A stretch of DNA of 63,959 nucleotides, filler included, from an uncultured bacterium (GTDB lineage Bacteria; B130-G9), in assembly GCA_965372715.1 (NCBI GenBank). It is 4 parts of 4 records of this genome, joined end to end, with 100 filler letters (N's around TTAATTAATTAA, not from the genome) between each part and the next. Parts side by side here need not be neighbours in the genome. Positions count along the whole stretch, not along the records: positions 1 to 20,879 come from CBDVDH010000062.1; positions 20,980 to 39,613 come from CBDVDH010000064.1; 2 more parts are not named here. One strand, 5' to 3'. The position numbers and the translations under genes are program-made. Shown in pieces: positions 19,398-28,964 of this stretch (position 1 is the stretch's first letter; every line of letters begins with the position of its first letter). A model generated the notes under the pieces. The model was not told where the DNA came from. It saw only the letters and a program-made list of their open reading frames with translations, and did no database searches.

Positions 19398-20708
19398 TCG
19401 ACGTGGACGTTCCCGGACATCCGGCTGTAGGGGCGGTTCACGAACCGCCCTTTCGGCGGGCGAATCCGTAGGGGCAGACCTGCGCGTCTGCCCGATATGC
19501 GATTTGTCCGCTGCAAACTTCGGCGAGAGACAGTAATCGTCGAGCGGACGCGCGATAACGTCCCAGCGGAATTCCTCCGCCAGCTGGGCGAGACGCCGCC
19601 TATACCCCTCAATCTTCGCCGGCTCCGCGCCTCGAATGTTCAGTATCGCCTCGGCTAGCGCATCGACGTCCTCCTGCTGAACGGTAATACCGACGTCTCG
19701 TTCCTTGACGAGGCGCGAGATGTAGTCACCGTCGGTCATGATCATCGGCAGTCCGGCCCAGATGTAATCGAGCGCTCGCGTCCGTATCGAGAATCTGTTC
19801 TCGACATGATCGAAATGGGTTGAGACGCCGGCGTCCGCCTCAAGCAGAAAGTTCTGCCGCATCTCATACGGAACCCACTCCTGATTGAAGAAGACCGATT
19901 TGCCCAGCAGGTCAAGCTCATTGGCGAGGGATTTGGCCTCGTTTGCGACGCGGAATTGCTCCTTGGGCATGGCGGGATGCGGATGCTTGACGCCAAGAAA
20001 GAAGAGCCTGATTGCTTTGCCCGCCTCGGACACACGGCCCATCGCGCGGATCAGCGTGAACGGGTCGAACCAGTTCCAGATGCCGCCGGCCCAGATCAGC
20101 ACGAAATCGTCTTGGGCGATGCCTTTGACGACACCTTTCAGAACTTGTGTCGTGTGACGTGGAGGCCTGCTTGAGACGCCAAACGGAATCGTGCAGACCA
20201 GGCTGTTGAGGCTCTTGTCCGAGCCATAGGTCTTTGGGTTGATCCTTCCGAGCGCGGCAAGCATGCCTATCCAAAACGACCGTTGGTCCTGGGTTCCCGC
20301 AATGAAGAAATCGCCTGTGAGCAGCTGGTCCTTCAGGACGGTGAGGTCCGATTCGAATTGTGACCATGTCCCCTCGCCCTGATAGACCTCGAGCTTCTCG
20401 AGCACGAACGGGTCATAGAGGTCCATGACAAGCGGCTTGCCTAGTGCCTTTAGGAACGGGTAGATAGCAAGCGTGTAGGGCGGAAGCACAATCACATCGC
20501 TTCCTTCGGCGAGCGCCCGGAGCACTTCTGGGTCCTGCCTAAACGGCGCCATCGAGAATCCCTCGGCGGAGATATCCGGCTCGTTCTCACAGGCAAGCGT
20601 TACCTCATGCCGAGGGCAGAGAGCCTTGCTGAGCTCGAAGCAGCGTATCGCCGGGCCCGCCATCTTCTTGGATACGTAGTCGTTGCTGATGAGAAGAACC
20701 CGACTCAA
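19347..20708 (-). CDS. Glycosyltransferase family 4
   Basis: MAGPAIR, DLYDPF, IWAGGIWNWFDP, RTRALDYIWAGLP. Confidence 0.85.
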   Translation of the reverse strand: MSRVLLISNDYVSKKMAGPAIRCFELSKALCPRHEVTLACENEPDISAEGFSMAPFRQDPEVLRALAEGSDVIVLPPYTLAIYPFLKALGKPLVMDLYDPFVLEKLEVYQGEGTWSQFESDLTVLKDQLLTGDFFIAGTQDQRSFWIGMLAALGRINPKTYGSDKSLNSLVCTIPFGVSSRPPRHTTQVLKGVVKGIAQDDFVLIWAGGIWNWFDPFTLIRAMGRVSEAGKAIRLFFLGVKHPHPAMPKEQFRVANEAKSLANELDLLGKSVFFNQEWVPYEMRQNFLLEADAGVSTHFDHVENRFSIRTRALDYIWAGLPMIMTDGDYISRLVKERDVGITVQQEDVDALAEAILNIRGAEPAKIEGYRRRLAQLAEEFRWDVIARPLDDYCLSPKFAADKSHIGQTRRSAPTDSPAERAVREPPLQPDVRERPRRSFSQKLVDLFKHLFIK

Positions 20709-20879
20709 CGTCTCACCTCAAGTCGTATGCGATGGCTGCGGGAAACAACGCTCGCAAAGGCGAATATACCATGTTCGCGCGGTCTCAACCGGTTGCGGCG
20801 CAAATGGCTGTTAGCCATTGTAGGGGCGGTGCTTGCCCCGCCCTTCATACGTTCGGTCACATCAGAGAAGGGCGGGGCA

Positions 20880-20979
20880 NNNNNNNNNNNNNNNNNNNNN
20901 NNNNNNNNNNNNNNNNNNNNNNNTTAATTAATTAANNNNNNNNNNNNNNNNNNNNNNNNNNNNNNNNNNNNNNNNNNNN
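20880..20979. other. Artificial contig linker
   Basis: N44-TTAATTAATTAA-N44, with stops in all six frames. Confidence 0.98.
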
Positions 20980-20981
20980 TG

Positions 20982-21650
20982 AAGACACGGGATGCTGGCA
21001 CGACCTTCGTCGCCCTGTCCGAAGGCCTGATCTGTACAACCGTTAGCGACATCGCGATCGACCCAAGAGACCCTGCAAGAGTTTACGCCGCTGCCGGATA
21101 TCTCGGAAGCGTGGTTCCAGGTTTCGGGCTTTACCAACTGGACACTACCGGGCTTCAATGGAACCCGATCGAGTGTCCGGAGATTCAGGACGTTGCCCTA
21201 ATGAAGTTGGCCATCGACCCCTGGACCGAAGACCGGGTGCTCTGCGCGTTTTCGGGCAACTCGCTTTATGCTTACCAGAAGGCAGCGGTGTCGCCTATCG
21301 AACTCTCGCTCTCAACGGACCAGAGCCAATACGTCGCCGGGGAGACCCACGTTGGCAGAATATCAGCGACGAACAGCGGTGGAGACATCAACGTTGACCT
21401 CTACGTCGCGATAATGCTGCCGGACGGCGCCCTGCTCTTCTGGCCAGAGTTCAGCTCCGAGATGAGCCCCGGATACTGGATGACGCCGATGCCGGAGGGC
21501 TTCTCGATCAGCGACTACGTGTTCTTCGACATGGCGCTGCCGGACAGTCTGCCAGTCGGCAGTTACACCTGGTTCGGGATGTTCTATGGCCAGGGTTCCG
21601 AGGACGCCGTCAGCAATTTGGCAAGCGCCAACTGGACATTTCTGCCGTAA
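20982..21650 (+). CDS. 5'-truncated BNR/Asp-box repeat protein with a C-terminal 'VDLYVA' domain
   Basis: Frame open from the contig edge: KTRDAGTTF (Asp-box), IAIDPRDPARVYA, LAIDP. Confidence 0.7.
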   Translation, partial: KTRDAGTTFVALSEGLICTTVSDIAIDPRDPARVYAAAGYLGSVVPGFGLYQLDTTGLQWNPIECPEIQDVALMKLAIDPWTEDRVLCAFSGNSLYAYQKAAVSPIELSLSTDQSQYVAGETHVGRISATNSGGDINVDLYVAIMLPDGALLFWPEFSSEMSPGYWMTPMPEGFSISDYVFFDMALPDSLPVGSYTWFGMFYGQGSEDAVSNLASANWTFLP

Positions 21651-22083
21651 AGGCGCATGCGCCTCGGCGGCATTCGTGAACGGCTGTCCGAGAGGTGAGA
21701 TCAACGTTCTTGGCGGGTCATTCTTTGGAGTGCTTCTGTCCCGGCACCGCTTTCACTTGCCGCGGCCTGACGCGGCGCTGGCTCTGGCCGACATCGTTCC
21801 ATTCTCTGGATCGCCTGCTGCAAGGTTAAAAGAGCGACTTATCAGAGGGCGGCGCCGGGTCACCGCCAGCCAAAGCGGTGCCAGGTCACCGCACTCCAAA
21901 AGCCAGAAGCAGCTTACGTCAATCTGATTATCGGGAGTGCGCGACCGCCTATCAATAAGCGGCCAAGTTGGTATGATCACCCATAAGTCGGAACTCCGAA
22001 CTTGCTGAGTTAGTTTAACTTCCGAGGCAAGCGTCGGGAAGGCGCCCTTCTGGTTGTGTTAGAGTCCTTGAGGGTTTTGCTGA

Positions 22084-22593
22084 ATGCAGGTGCTTTTCGC
22101 GCCTTGGAGGCTTGAGTATATTTTGTCTGAGAAGAGGCCTGAAGATTGCATTTTCTGCGACATGGTCGCTTCCAGCGACGACGAGGGGAAGCTCGTGGTT
22201 CGTCGTAGCGAGCGGAGCATCGTGGCTCTTAACCGCTATCCATACAATAACGGCCATCTCATGGTGGCGCCGATGCGGCACGTCGGCAGCCTCGCGGAGC
22301 TGCACGAGGCAGAGATACTCGATGTCTTTAAGACGCTCAGGCTTTGCGAAATGGTTCTCACAAGGAGCCTGCGACCGGAGGGATTCAATATGGGGATCAA
22401 CATCGGCCGCTGCGCAGGGGCCGGGGTCCCGGGTCACGTTCACGTTCATATCGTGCCTCGTTTCAGCGGGGACAGCAATTTCATGACTACCGTCTCGCAG
22501 GTTCGGGTCATCCCTGAACTACTCTCGGAGACGTTCGAGCGGCTCAAATCCGAGTTCGCTTTGTTAAGCGCTGAAGATGAAGGCAAGACGTAG
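22084..22593 (+). CDS. HIT family hydrolase (Ap4A hydrolase/phosphorylase-like)
   Basis: APWR, CIFC, NRYPYNNGHLMV, HVHVHIVPR. Confidence 0.93.
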   Translation: MQVLFAPWRLEYILSEKRPEDCIFCDMVASSDDEGKLVVRRSERSIVALNRYPYNNGHLMVAPMRHVGSLAELHEAEILDVFKTLRLCEMVLTRSLRPEGFNMGINIGRCAGAGVPGHVHVHIVPRFSGDSNFMTTVSQVRVIPELLSETFERLKSEFALLSAEDEGKT

Positions 22594-24895
22594 GCTTCGA
22601 ATAGCGCTTGTCTCAACAGCGATCTGTCTGCTGGGGGTTCTTTCATATTTTTTTCTCTCCTCATCTCACAGGAGCGGTCACGAGGCCACAGAGGAGATCG
22701 ACCTGTCCGACGAATGCCTCAGCGATGCCATCGTAATAAAGGGCTTTCGCCAGACTGTTGCCGAAGGAGCAAAGACGATTTACGACCTTTGGGCGCAGAC
22801 TGCGACGCTGAGGGTCGAAACGAGGGAATACTCGCTCCAGGGCGTTCTCCCGGCGAGCACCTACTTCGGGGAGAAGGGCCGTCGAGTTTCGTTCAGCGCG
22901 GACGAGGGCATCTACGAGCCGCGTTCGGACAATGTCATACTCCGGCGAAACGTCATGGCAATGCTGTCCACCGGCCTGACGCTGAGGTGCGATGAGGTCA
23001 GATTCAGCCGGTCCGAGATGACCGCGTCAAGCGAGTGCCCGGTGGTCGTTACCGGCGAGGGCATCCGCTTTCACGCAAAGGGTTTCTCGGTCGATCTCCT
23101 CTCTCAGGAGGTCCTGTTTCCGTCCGTAATACACGTTGAATCGGACTCATCGCCGACCGAGGTAATGCAGCTCCTTGGGGATGAGGACCGAGCGCCCAGC
23201 TCTCAAGAGGCGCTGGAAGAGGGATTTCTGCTAAAAGCCAATCGAATGCTAGTGCGCATTAGGGAGAAGACCGCTGAACTCACCGGCGATGTGGCTTTCA
23301 GGCTCGGAGAAAACGAGCTTTTTGCCGAGCTGGCGTTGTTTGGCTGGGGCAAGAAGCTCCGAGAGATTGAGTGGGGAAAGCTGGACGGTGTAGTTGTGGT
23401 CAAGACACCGGATGGCGCAGTGGGGTGCGAGCAGGCTGAGTATCGCGACGGGCGACTCGTCCTTCAGGGCAAGCCCCTGCTTGTTCACGATTTCGATAGG
23501 CTTGGCGCCGCCGGAAGGGATCATTTGGCTGGTGGGACGCAGCAGGGACCATGGCCTACCCCTTGGTCGAGCTTCGAGAGCGGTCGGAAAGAGCGCGGCC
23601 GAGCATCCTTCTTCGGCGCCAGAGACAGATTCACCGTGTTCCGTTCTGCGGCGCGCTATCTTGGCTGTAGTACTTTGAGCGCAGACGAGATGATTTATGA
23701 GGAGGGCTTTGGCCGATTCTCAGCCAGGGGCAGCGTGATTCTGTCGCTCTCCGGTTTTGCGGGCATGGCTGAATCGGCGCCTGTGACCTGTTCGAGAGTT
23801 CTTGCTCACTCGCTTGATGTTGATCTCGACGCCAAGAGAGCGCATTTCGCCGGAGGAACTGTCTTAAACCACGGCCAGAACTCCATAAGCGCCAACACGC
23901 TTTCTGTGGGGATGAAGAGCATGGGCAAGGGTGATGTCCAAATAGAATCGCTCGACTTTGGCGGCTCGGTCGAGGCCCGCGTCTTATCGCCCGATAGGTC
24001 CAAGGGACCTGACACAGATGCGAGGTTACGTCTTGTGCGGCTTCATGCGCAGGAGCTTTCGGTCGATGCCAGCGGCGGCGAGGTCCACTGCTCCGGGGAC
24101 GTCTCGATTCACTCGCAGGATCAGGCGCTCAGTTGCCAGGAGCTTCAGATGACCCTTTCGGAGGGCATGTCGGGCATCGAGCGGCTTGTGGCAAGAGAAC
24201 GCGTGGTTCTCGAGAGTCAGGGTCGGATGGCGACTGGCGGCAAGTTCGTTTTCGATGCGGTCCAGGAAGTCGCCGAGCTCACGCGGCAGCCAAAGGTTTG
24301 GTATGGCGAAAACGTCATACTGGGTCGAAAGGTCTCCTATGACCTCCAGACGGGCAATCTCAGCGTGATCGACCGCGTCAACGGTGTATTCTATAGTGAA
24401 AAGGAACTCACAGTTGGCCAGAAGGGCGAACGCGGCGAGGAGCGCACCAGTGAGAACGAGGCGCCTCTTTCGCTCAGCGACTCCATCCGTCGGCCTGGCA
24501 AGGTTGAGCTCTCGGCAGACAGGTTAGATTACAATGAGAAGACAATGGAAGGCTCTTATTCAGGCGGGGTAGTGGTTCGCAAGGGCGAGGCGATTTTCTC
24601 CGCGGACAGCATTAAGATGATAGGCGACCCTGCATCGGGTAAGATAGAGACCCTTGAGGCGCGTGGAAATGTTCGAGTCCAAGACGGATTGAGGGTTCTG
24701 CGAGCCGAGCGAGCGATTTACTATGACGACGAACAGAAGGTGGTGCTTTTTGGCAGCCCGAAGGTCTATGAGTTTGGGAAGATAATCACGAGAGGTACGG
24801 TAGTTACGCTGTATCTTAAGAAGAAAGAGTATGAGATCAAGGGCGAGGACGAGACCAAGATCAAGACGACTTTCTTCGTGCCGGAGAAGCGGTAG
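22577..24895 (+). CDS. LptC-LptA (OstA) multidomain fusion, LPS export periplasmic protein
   Basis: N-terminal TM anchor, LptC-like region, repeated beta-jellyroll motifs (SADRLDY, ARGNVRV, AERAIY, LFGSPKV); directly upstream of lptB. Confidence 0.75.
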   Translation: MKARRRLRIALVSTAICLLGVLSYFFLSSSHRSGHEATEEIDLSDECLSDAIVIKGFRQTVAEGAKTIYDLWAQTATLRVETREYSLQGVLPASTYFGEKGRRVSFSADEGIYEPRSDNVILRRNVMAMLSTGLTLRCDEVRFSRSEMTASSECPVVVTGEGIRFHAKGFSVDLLSQEVLFPSVIHVESDSSPTEVMQLLGDEDRAPSSQEALEEGFLLKANRMLVRIREKTAELTGDVAFRLGENELFAELALFGWGKKLREIEWGKLDGVVVVKTPDGAVGCEQAEYRDGRLVLQGKPLLVHDFDRLGAAGRDHLAGGTQQGPWPTPWSSFESGRKERGRASFFGARDRFTVFRSAARYLGCSTLSADEMIYEEGFGRFSARGSVILSLSGFAGMAESAPVTCSRVLAHSLDVDLDAKRAHFAGGTVLNHGQNSISANTLSVGMKSMGKGDVQIESLDFGGSVEARVLSPDRSKGPDTDARLRLVRLHAQELSVDASGGEVHCSGDVSIHSQDQALSCQELQMTLSEGMSGIERLVARERVVLESQGRMATGGKFVFDAVQEVAELTRQPKVWYGENVILGRKVSYDLQTGNLSVIDRVNGVFYSEKELTVGQKGERGEERTSENEAPLSLSDSIRRPGKVELSADRLDYNEKTMEGSYSGGVVVRKGEAIFSADSIKMIGDPASGKIETLEARGNVRVQDGLRVLRAERAIYYDDEQKVVLFGSPKVYEFGKIITRGTVVTLYLKKKEYEIKGEDETKIKTTFFVPEKR

Positions 24896-24900
24896 GAGAT

Positions 24901-25015
24901 GAGAAAGGCGGAAGGATGTAGGCGGAAGGATGAAGGATGAAGGATGAAGGATGAAGGATGAGAAGCGCTATAATGAATGACTCTTCCTGCATAATTCATA
25001 ATTCAGGCTTCCAGA
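24901..25015. repeat. GAAGGAT-heptamer repeat element, copy 1
   Basis: gagaaaggcg(gaaggat)n...taatgaatgactc...ataattcataattcag..ttccaga; second copy at 35892-35971. Confidence 0.8.
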
Positions 25016-25752
25016 GACGTTCCGCTCGGAGCGACAGCTTGCGCTGCGTCGAGCTCTCGAAGCAATACCACGGTCGGACGGTTGTAGATCGTGTGAGCCT
25101 CGAGGTTCAAAGGGGCGAGATCGTCGGTCTTCTGGGGCCAAACGGGGCTGGCAAGACGACGACGTTTTATATGTTGGTTGGTCTTGTGAAGCCTAATGGT
25201 GGCACGGTTTTGCTTGGCGACGAGGATATCTCCGGTCTTCCCGTCTATGCTCGGGCGAGAAGGGGCATCGGGTATCTGCCGCAGGAGGCCTCAATCTTCA
25301 AGCGGCTTTCAGTGAAGGATAACATAAGAATCGTGCTTGAGAGCCGTCGTCTTTCGAGGAAGGATATTGAAGAGCGAATAGACGAGCTTTTAGCGCTTCT
25401 GGACATCAAGCACATTGGGAGCTCGATGGGTTACACGCTTTCAGGTGGCGAGAGGAGACGGGTGGAGATCGTTCGCGCGTTGGCGCTTTCGCCCTCGTTC
25501 ATGCTTCTCGATGAGCCGTTTGCGGGGATTGACCCCATCGCAATAGTTGACCTTCAGAGCATAGTACGGAAGCTTCGGGCGTTAAAGATTGGGGTATTGA
25601 TAACCGATCATAATGTAAGGGAGACCTTGAAGATCACAGATAGGGGCTTCATAATTGATGAGGGCAAGATAATTAAGTCCGGTGATCCGGAGGCGATCGC
25701 GAGCGATCATCTTGTGAGAAAGATATACTTGGGGCATGACTTCGATCTGTAA
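24958..25752 (+). CDS. lptB: LPS export ABC transporter ATP-binding protein
   Basis: GLLGPNGAGKTTTFYM, YLPQEASIF, LSGGERRRVEI, LLDEPFAGIDP, TDHNVRETL; true start may be TTG 25039. Confidence 0.95.
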   Translation: MRSAIMNDSSCIIHNSGFQRRSARSDSLRCVELSKQYHGRTVVDRVSLEVQRGEIVGLLGPNGAGKTTTFYMLVGLVKPNGGTVLLGDEDISGLPVYARARRGIGYLPQEASIFKRLSVKDNIRIVLESRRLSRKDIEERIDELLALLDIKHIGSSMGYTLSGGERRRVEIVRALALSPSFMLLDEPFAGIDPIAIVDLQSIVRKLRALKIGVLITDHNVRETLKITDRGFIIDEGKIIKSGDPEAIASDHLVRKIYLGHDFDL

Positions 25753-25778
25753 CGGGTTCTGGAAGGGGTAGGTGGGCT

Positions 25779-27284
25779 TTGGCTGACGATTCTCTGAACA
25801 GGCACAGATTGTCGGCAAGGCTTGAACTGCGTCTGACGCAGAAGCTATCTCTTACGCCTCAGATGCGTCAGTCCTTGGAGATGCTCCAAATGAATGTCTT
25901 GGAGCTGCAACAGCAGATATTGGCTGAGCTGAGCGAGAATCCCCTTCTGGAAGAAGTCTCGGACTATGAGAAGGGGCCAGACGAGGATGAAAGCCCGACC
26001 CGTGACCCCGGCCAGGAGTCCTACGATGAGGTGATGTCTTTGCTCCTGAAGCGGCAGGACGATGATGGTCCGGAGGAGGACGAGCTCCGTGCCCCGGTTG
26101 TCGAGCGCTGGCGCGGCGATAGCGACACAGTGGACCCGGCGGTTTATGATCGCGTGTTATTCACGCGCGAGGACCTCGCTGACCACCTCTTGGTCCAGCT
26201 TCATCTGGCCAGGCTCTCTGCGGATGATCTCGATATTGCCGAGCGAATAATCGGGAACATCGATACTGACGGTTTTTTGCGCGCGTCGCTGGGCGAGGTA
26301 GCTGGGAATACGAAGACGCCGGTCGCAAAGGTCAAACAGCTCCTTCGTCTGATTCAGGAGTTTGACCCGCCCGGAGTGGGCGCCCGGGACCTCAAGGAAT
26401 GCCTCAAGATACAGCTTCGGCAGCTATTTGCGGAACAGGAGCTTCTCACGAACTCCGACCCGTTTCCGGCGAGGCTGCGCGCGTTAACCAAGAAAGCGGT
26501 TGACAAGCATTTCGACCTTCTGGTGTCTCATAAGTATTCCGAGCTGAAAAAGGCGCTCGGTATAGGAGACAAGACCTTAAAGAGCATTATCGGACTGATT
26601 GAGACACTTGAGCCAAGGCCTGGAAGTGGCTTCGATCGTGAAAGCGGCGTTCCGGTCGTGCCTGACGTTTACGTCGTGAAGCGCGGCTCGAGATTCGTTC
26701 CGATCTTGAATGAGCAGAAGTTGCCAAGACTGAGAATTGTCCGGAATTATCAGAATAGTCTTCGGGTGAGTGAGTTGGGCCCGGAGGAGCGCGAGTTCAT
26801 CAAGCAGAGGGCCACCCGGGCAAACTGGGTCATGAAGAGCATCGCCCAATGGAAGCGGACGATGCTCCGCGTGGCCGAGGTTATAGTTGAGTTCGAGGCC
26901 GAGTTCTTTGAGAAAGGGACGTTGTTTTTGAAACCTCTGAAGCTCACGGATGTGGCGACGCGGCTTGAGCTTCACGAGACGACGGTCGGCAGAACCGTGT
27001 CGAACAAGTTCATCGATACGCCTCGCGGGGTCTTTGAGATGAAGTACTTCTTCCACCGGGGGCTTGACACGCTTGGCGGGACAAGGGTGTCCTCAATCAC
27101 TGTGAAGCAGCTTGTCAAGGAGCTGATTGCGAAGGAGCGACCGGATTCGCCATACAATGATCAGCAGATTTCGAGCGTGCTTGCGGAGCGGAGAATCAAG
27201 GTATCGAGGAGGGCGATCGCGAAGTATCGCGAGTCGTTGGGCATCCCTCCATCGCATTTTAGAAAACGCCAGAATGTGACGTAG
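25779..27284 (+). CDS. rpoN: RNA polymerase sigma-54 factor
   Basis: LTPQMRQSLEMLQM, ENPLLE, DPPGVGARDLKECL, HETTVGR, RpoN box SRRAIAKYRE. Confidence 0.96.
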   Translation: MADDSLNRHRLSARLELRLTQKLSLTPQMRQSLEMLQMNVLELQQQILAELSENPLLEEVSDYEKGPDEDESPTRDPGQESYDEVMSLLLKRQDDDGPEEDELRAPVVERWRGDSDTVDPAVYDRVLFTREDLADHLLVQLHLARLSADDLDIAERIIGNIDTDGFLRASLGEVAGNTKTPVAKVKQLLRLIQEFDPPGVGARDLKECLKIQLRQLFAEQELLTNSDPFPARLRALTKKAVDKHFDLLVSHKYSELKKALGIGDKTLKSIIGLIETLEPRPGSGFDRESGVPVVPDVYVVKRGSRFVPILNEQKLPRLRIVRNYQNSLRVSELGPEEREFIKQRATRANWVMKSIAQWKRTMLRVAEVIVEFEAEFFEKGTLFLKPLKLTDVATRLELHETTVGRTVSNKFIDTPRGVFEMKYFFHRGLDTLGGTRVSSITVKQLVKELIAKERPDSPYNDQQISSVLAERRIKVSRRAIAKYRESLGIPPSHFRKRQNVT

Positions 27285-27364
27285 CAACAGCTGCCTGACC
27301 TTGATGGGAGTTCTTTGCTTGAGGCAGGCACACTTGCTGAAAACTGTCCGGGGAGAGTTGCGAG

Positions 27365-27928
27365 ATGAATATCACTTTTGTCAGTCGGCACTTTGAGCTC
27401 AAGGACTCTCAGAAGTCTTTCATTGAGAGGAAGCTTAGGTCAATTAGAAAGCGATATTTCGATAAGCGACTAGATGTGCAGGTGGAGCTGACTTCAGAGA
27501 AATCTAGGCAACGCTGCGAGCTGAATGTGCGCAGCGACAGGTTCAAGGAGCTGCTCCGAAGCGAGAGTCACGACATGCAGCAGTCAATGGTCGAGGCAAT
27601 TGACAAGCTTGAGATGATGCTGCGTAAGCGGCATGACAAGATGGTTAACAGGAAGCGGATTGAGAAGCGTGATAGGACTGAGATCGTGACGGATTTGCGG
27701 TCTGAGAACGAAGGGGATACGAACGGAATCGGCGGGTCGGTTGAGCTGCCCGAAATAGTCGAGGTTGCTCCGAGCTCGGCAAAGCCGATTTCGGTGCCGG
27801 AGGCAGCGATGCTTCTGCACGAGTCAGACGATCAGTTCATAGCGTTCAGAGACGCACGAGAAAACGAATTCGTAGTTCTTTATAAGCGCCAGGATGGAAG
27901 GCTGGGGCTGATCCGGCCCAGTTTTTGA
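27365..27928 (+). CDS. hpf: Ribosome hibernation promoting factor (long form)
   Basis: MNITFVSRHFEL, AIDKLE, C-terminal KPISVPEAAM...VLYKRQDGRLGLI; follows rpoN. Confidence 0.88.
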   Translation: MNITFVSRHFELKDSQKSFIERKLRSIRKRYFDKRLDVQVELTSEKSRQRCELNVRSDRFKELLRSESHDMQQSMVEAIDKLEMMLRKRHDKMVNRKRIEKRDRTEIVTDLRSENEGDTNGIGGSVELPEIVEVAPSSAKPISVPEAAMLLHESDDQFIAFRDARENEFVVLYKRQDGRLGLIRPSF

Positions 27929-28014
27929 GGGGCGCAACCTGAAGTGGAAAGTGAACGGTCCTTCTCACGCCGCGGCCCATCTTTCTTTTGTGATCTGAGG
28001 CAAGGGGTTCTCAG

Positions 28015-28455
28015 GTGATCGGCGTCCTCATCGCGTCGCACGGTTCGCTTGCGGCGGAACTACTTAGAACAGCGGAGAAGATCATTGGGCCGCAGAAGCA
28101 GGTCGCGGCTCTATCTACCAGTAACTGTTGCGAAAGGCGCCAGCTTCAGGGAGAGGCTAAACGGTTGATCGATTCGCTCGATTCTGGCGAGGGCGTGCTG
28201 GTCATGGTTGACAGCCCGGGGGGCACACCGGCCAACATCTGTCTCGAGGCTGCTTGTGGAAACGGCGGCGTCAAGGTCGTGAGCGGCGTTAACCTACCAA
28301 TGCTCTTGTGCCTCCTCGATAGGAAGCAGGGGCAGACGATTGAGAAACTGGCAGGCACGGCGCTTTCCGCTGGCAAGAGGACGATCTGCGATTTGACTGA
28401 CGCTATAAGCGACAAGGCCGGGGCCCCGGGCGCCGGGAGTAACAAGGTTCAATGA
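28015..28455 (+). CDS. PTS mannose-family EIIA
   Basis: IASHGSLA, DSPGGTPAN, GVNLPML. Confidence 0.9.
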   Translation: MIGVLIASHGSLAAELLRTAEKIIGPQKQVAALSTSNCCERRQLQGEAKRLIDSLDSGEGVLVMVDSPGGTPANICLEAACGNGGVKVVSGVNLPMLLCLLDRKQGQTIEKLAGTALSAGKRTICDLTDAISDKAGAPGAGSNKVQ

Positions 28456-28961
28456 GCATCGAGCTGGTTCGGCTTGATGACAGGTTAGTCCACGGCCAGG
28501 TGGTCGCCGGATGGGTCAGAACCCTCTATTCGACGAGCATTGTCGTAGTCGATGACGAGGTTGCCGGGGACCCTTTTCAAGAAAGCCTCATGAGGATGGC
28601 GGTGCCAGAGGGCATAGAAGTTGAGGTTTTCCCGGTTGACAAGTGCAACGGTCTCTACAGGCAGTTGGAGGAGTCGCCTAGAAGAGCGATAGTTCTCTTC
28701 TCCCGAGTGATCGACCTTTTCGGGCTCTTCTTCCGCGACGAGTTCCCGGTCCATGTGCTCAATATCGGCGGCATTAGCTTTAGTGAAGGCCGGGAACAGC
28801 TCGCAGAATCGCTGTTTCTTTCCGAGGCGGAGATACAGATGCTGGCGGATATGGCAAACGCAGGCGTTGAGGTAGAGCTTCAGCCCACTCCTTTCGACCG
28901 GGTGATCGACTTCCACGAGCTGCTGAAAATTCGCGACGCAAGACGACTCGCGGAGGGCTAA
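28452..28961 (+). CDS. PTS mannose/sorbose-family EIIB
   Basis: RLDDRLVHGQVVAGW, LNIGG. Confidence 0.92.
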   Translation: MSIELVRLDDRLVHGQVVAGWVRTLYSTSIVVVDDEVAGDPFQESLMRMAVPEGIEVEVFPVDKCNGLYRQLEESPRRAIVLFSRVIDLFGLFFRDEFPVHVLNIGGISFSEGREQLAESLFLSEAEIQMLADMANAGVEVELQPTPFDRVIDFHELLKIRDARRLAEG

Positions 28962-28964
28962 ATA

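Noticed and set aside
20880-20979. TTAATTAATTAA palindrome within N runs (also 39614-39713 and 57870-57969)
   Set aside because: Identical synthetic contig spacer, not biological; no synteny inferred across it
27320-27340. Possible sigma-54 promoter (GGCAC...TTGC) before hpf
   Set aside because: GG-to-GC spacing is 7 or 11 nt, not the required 10
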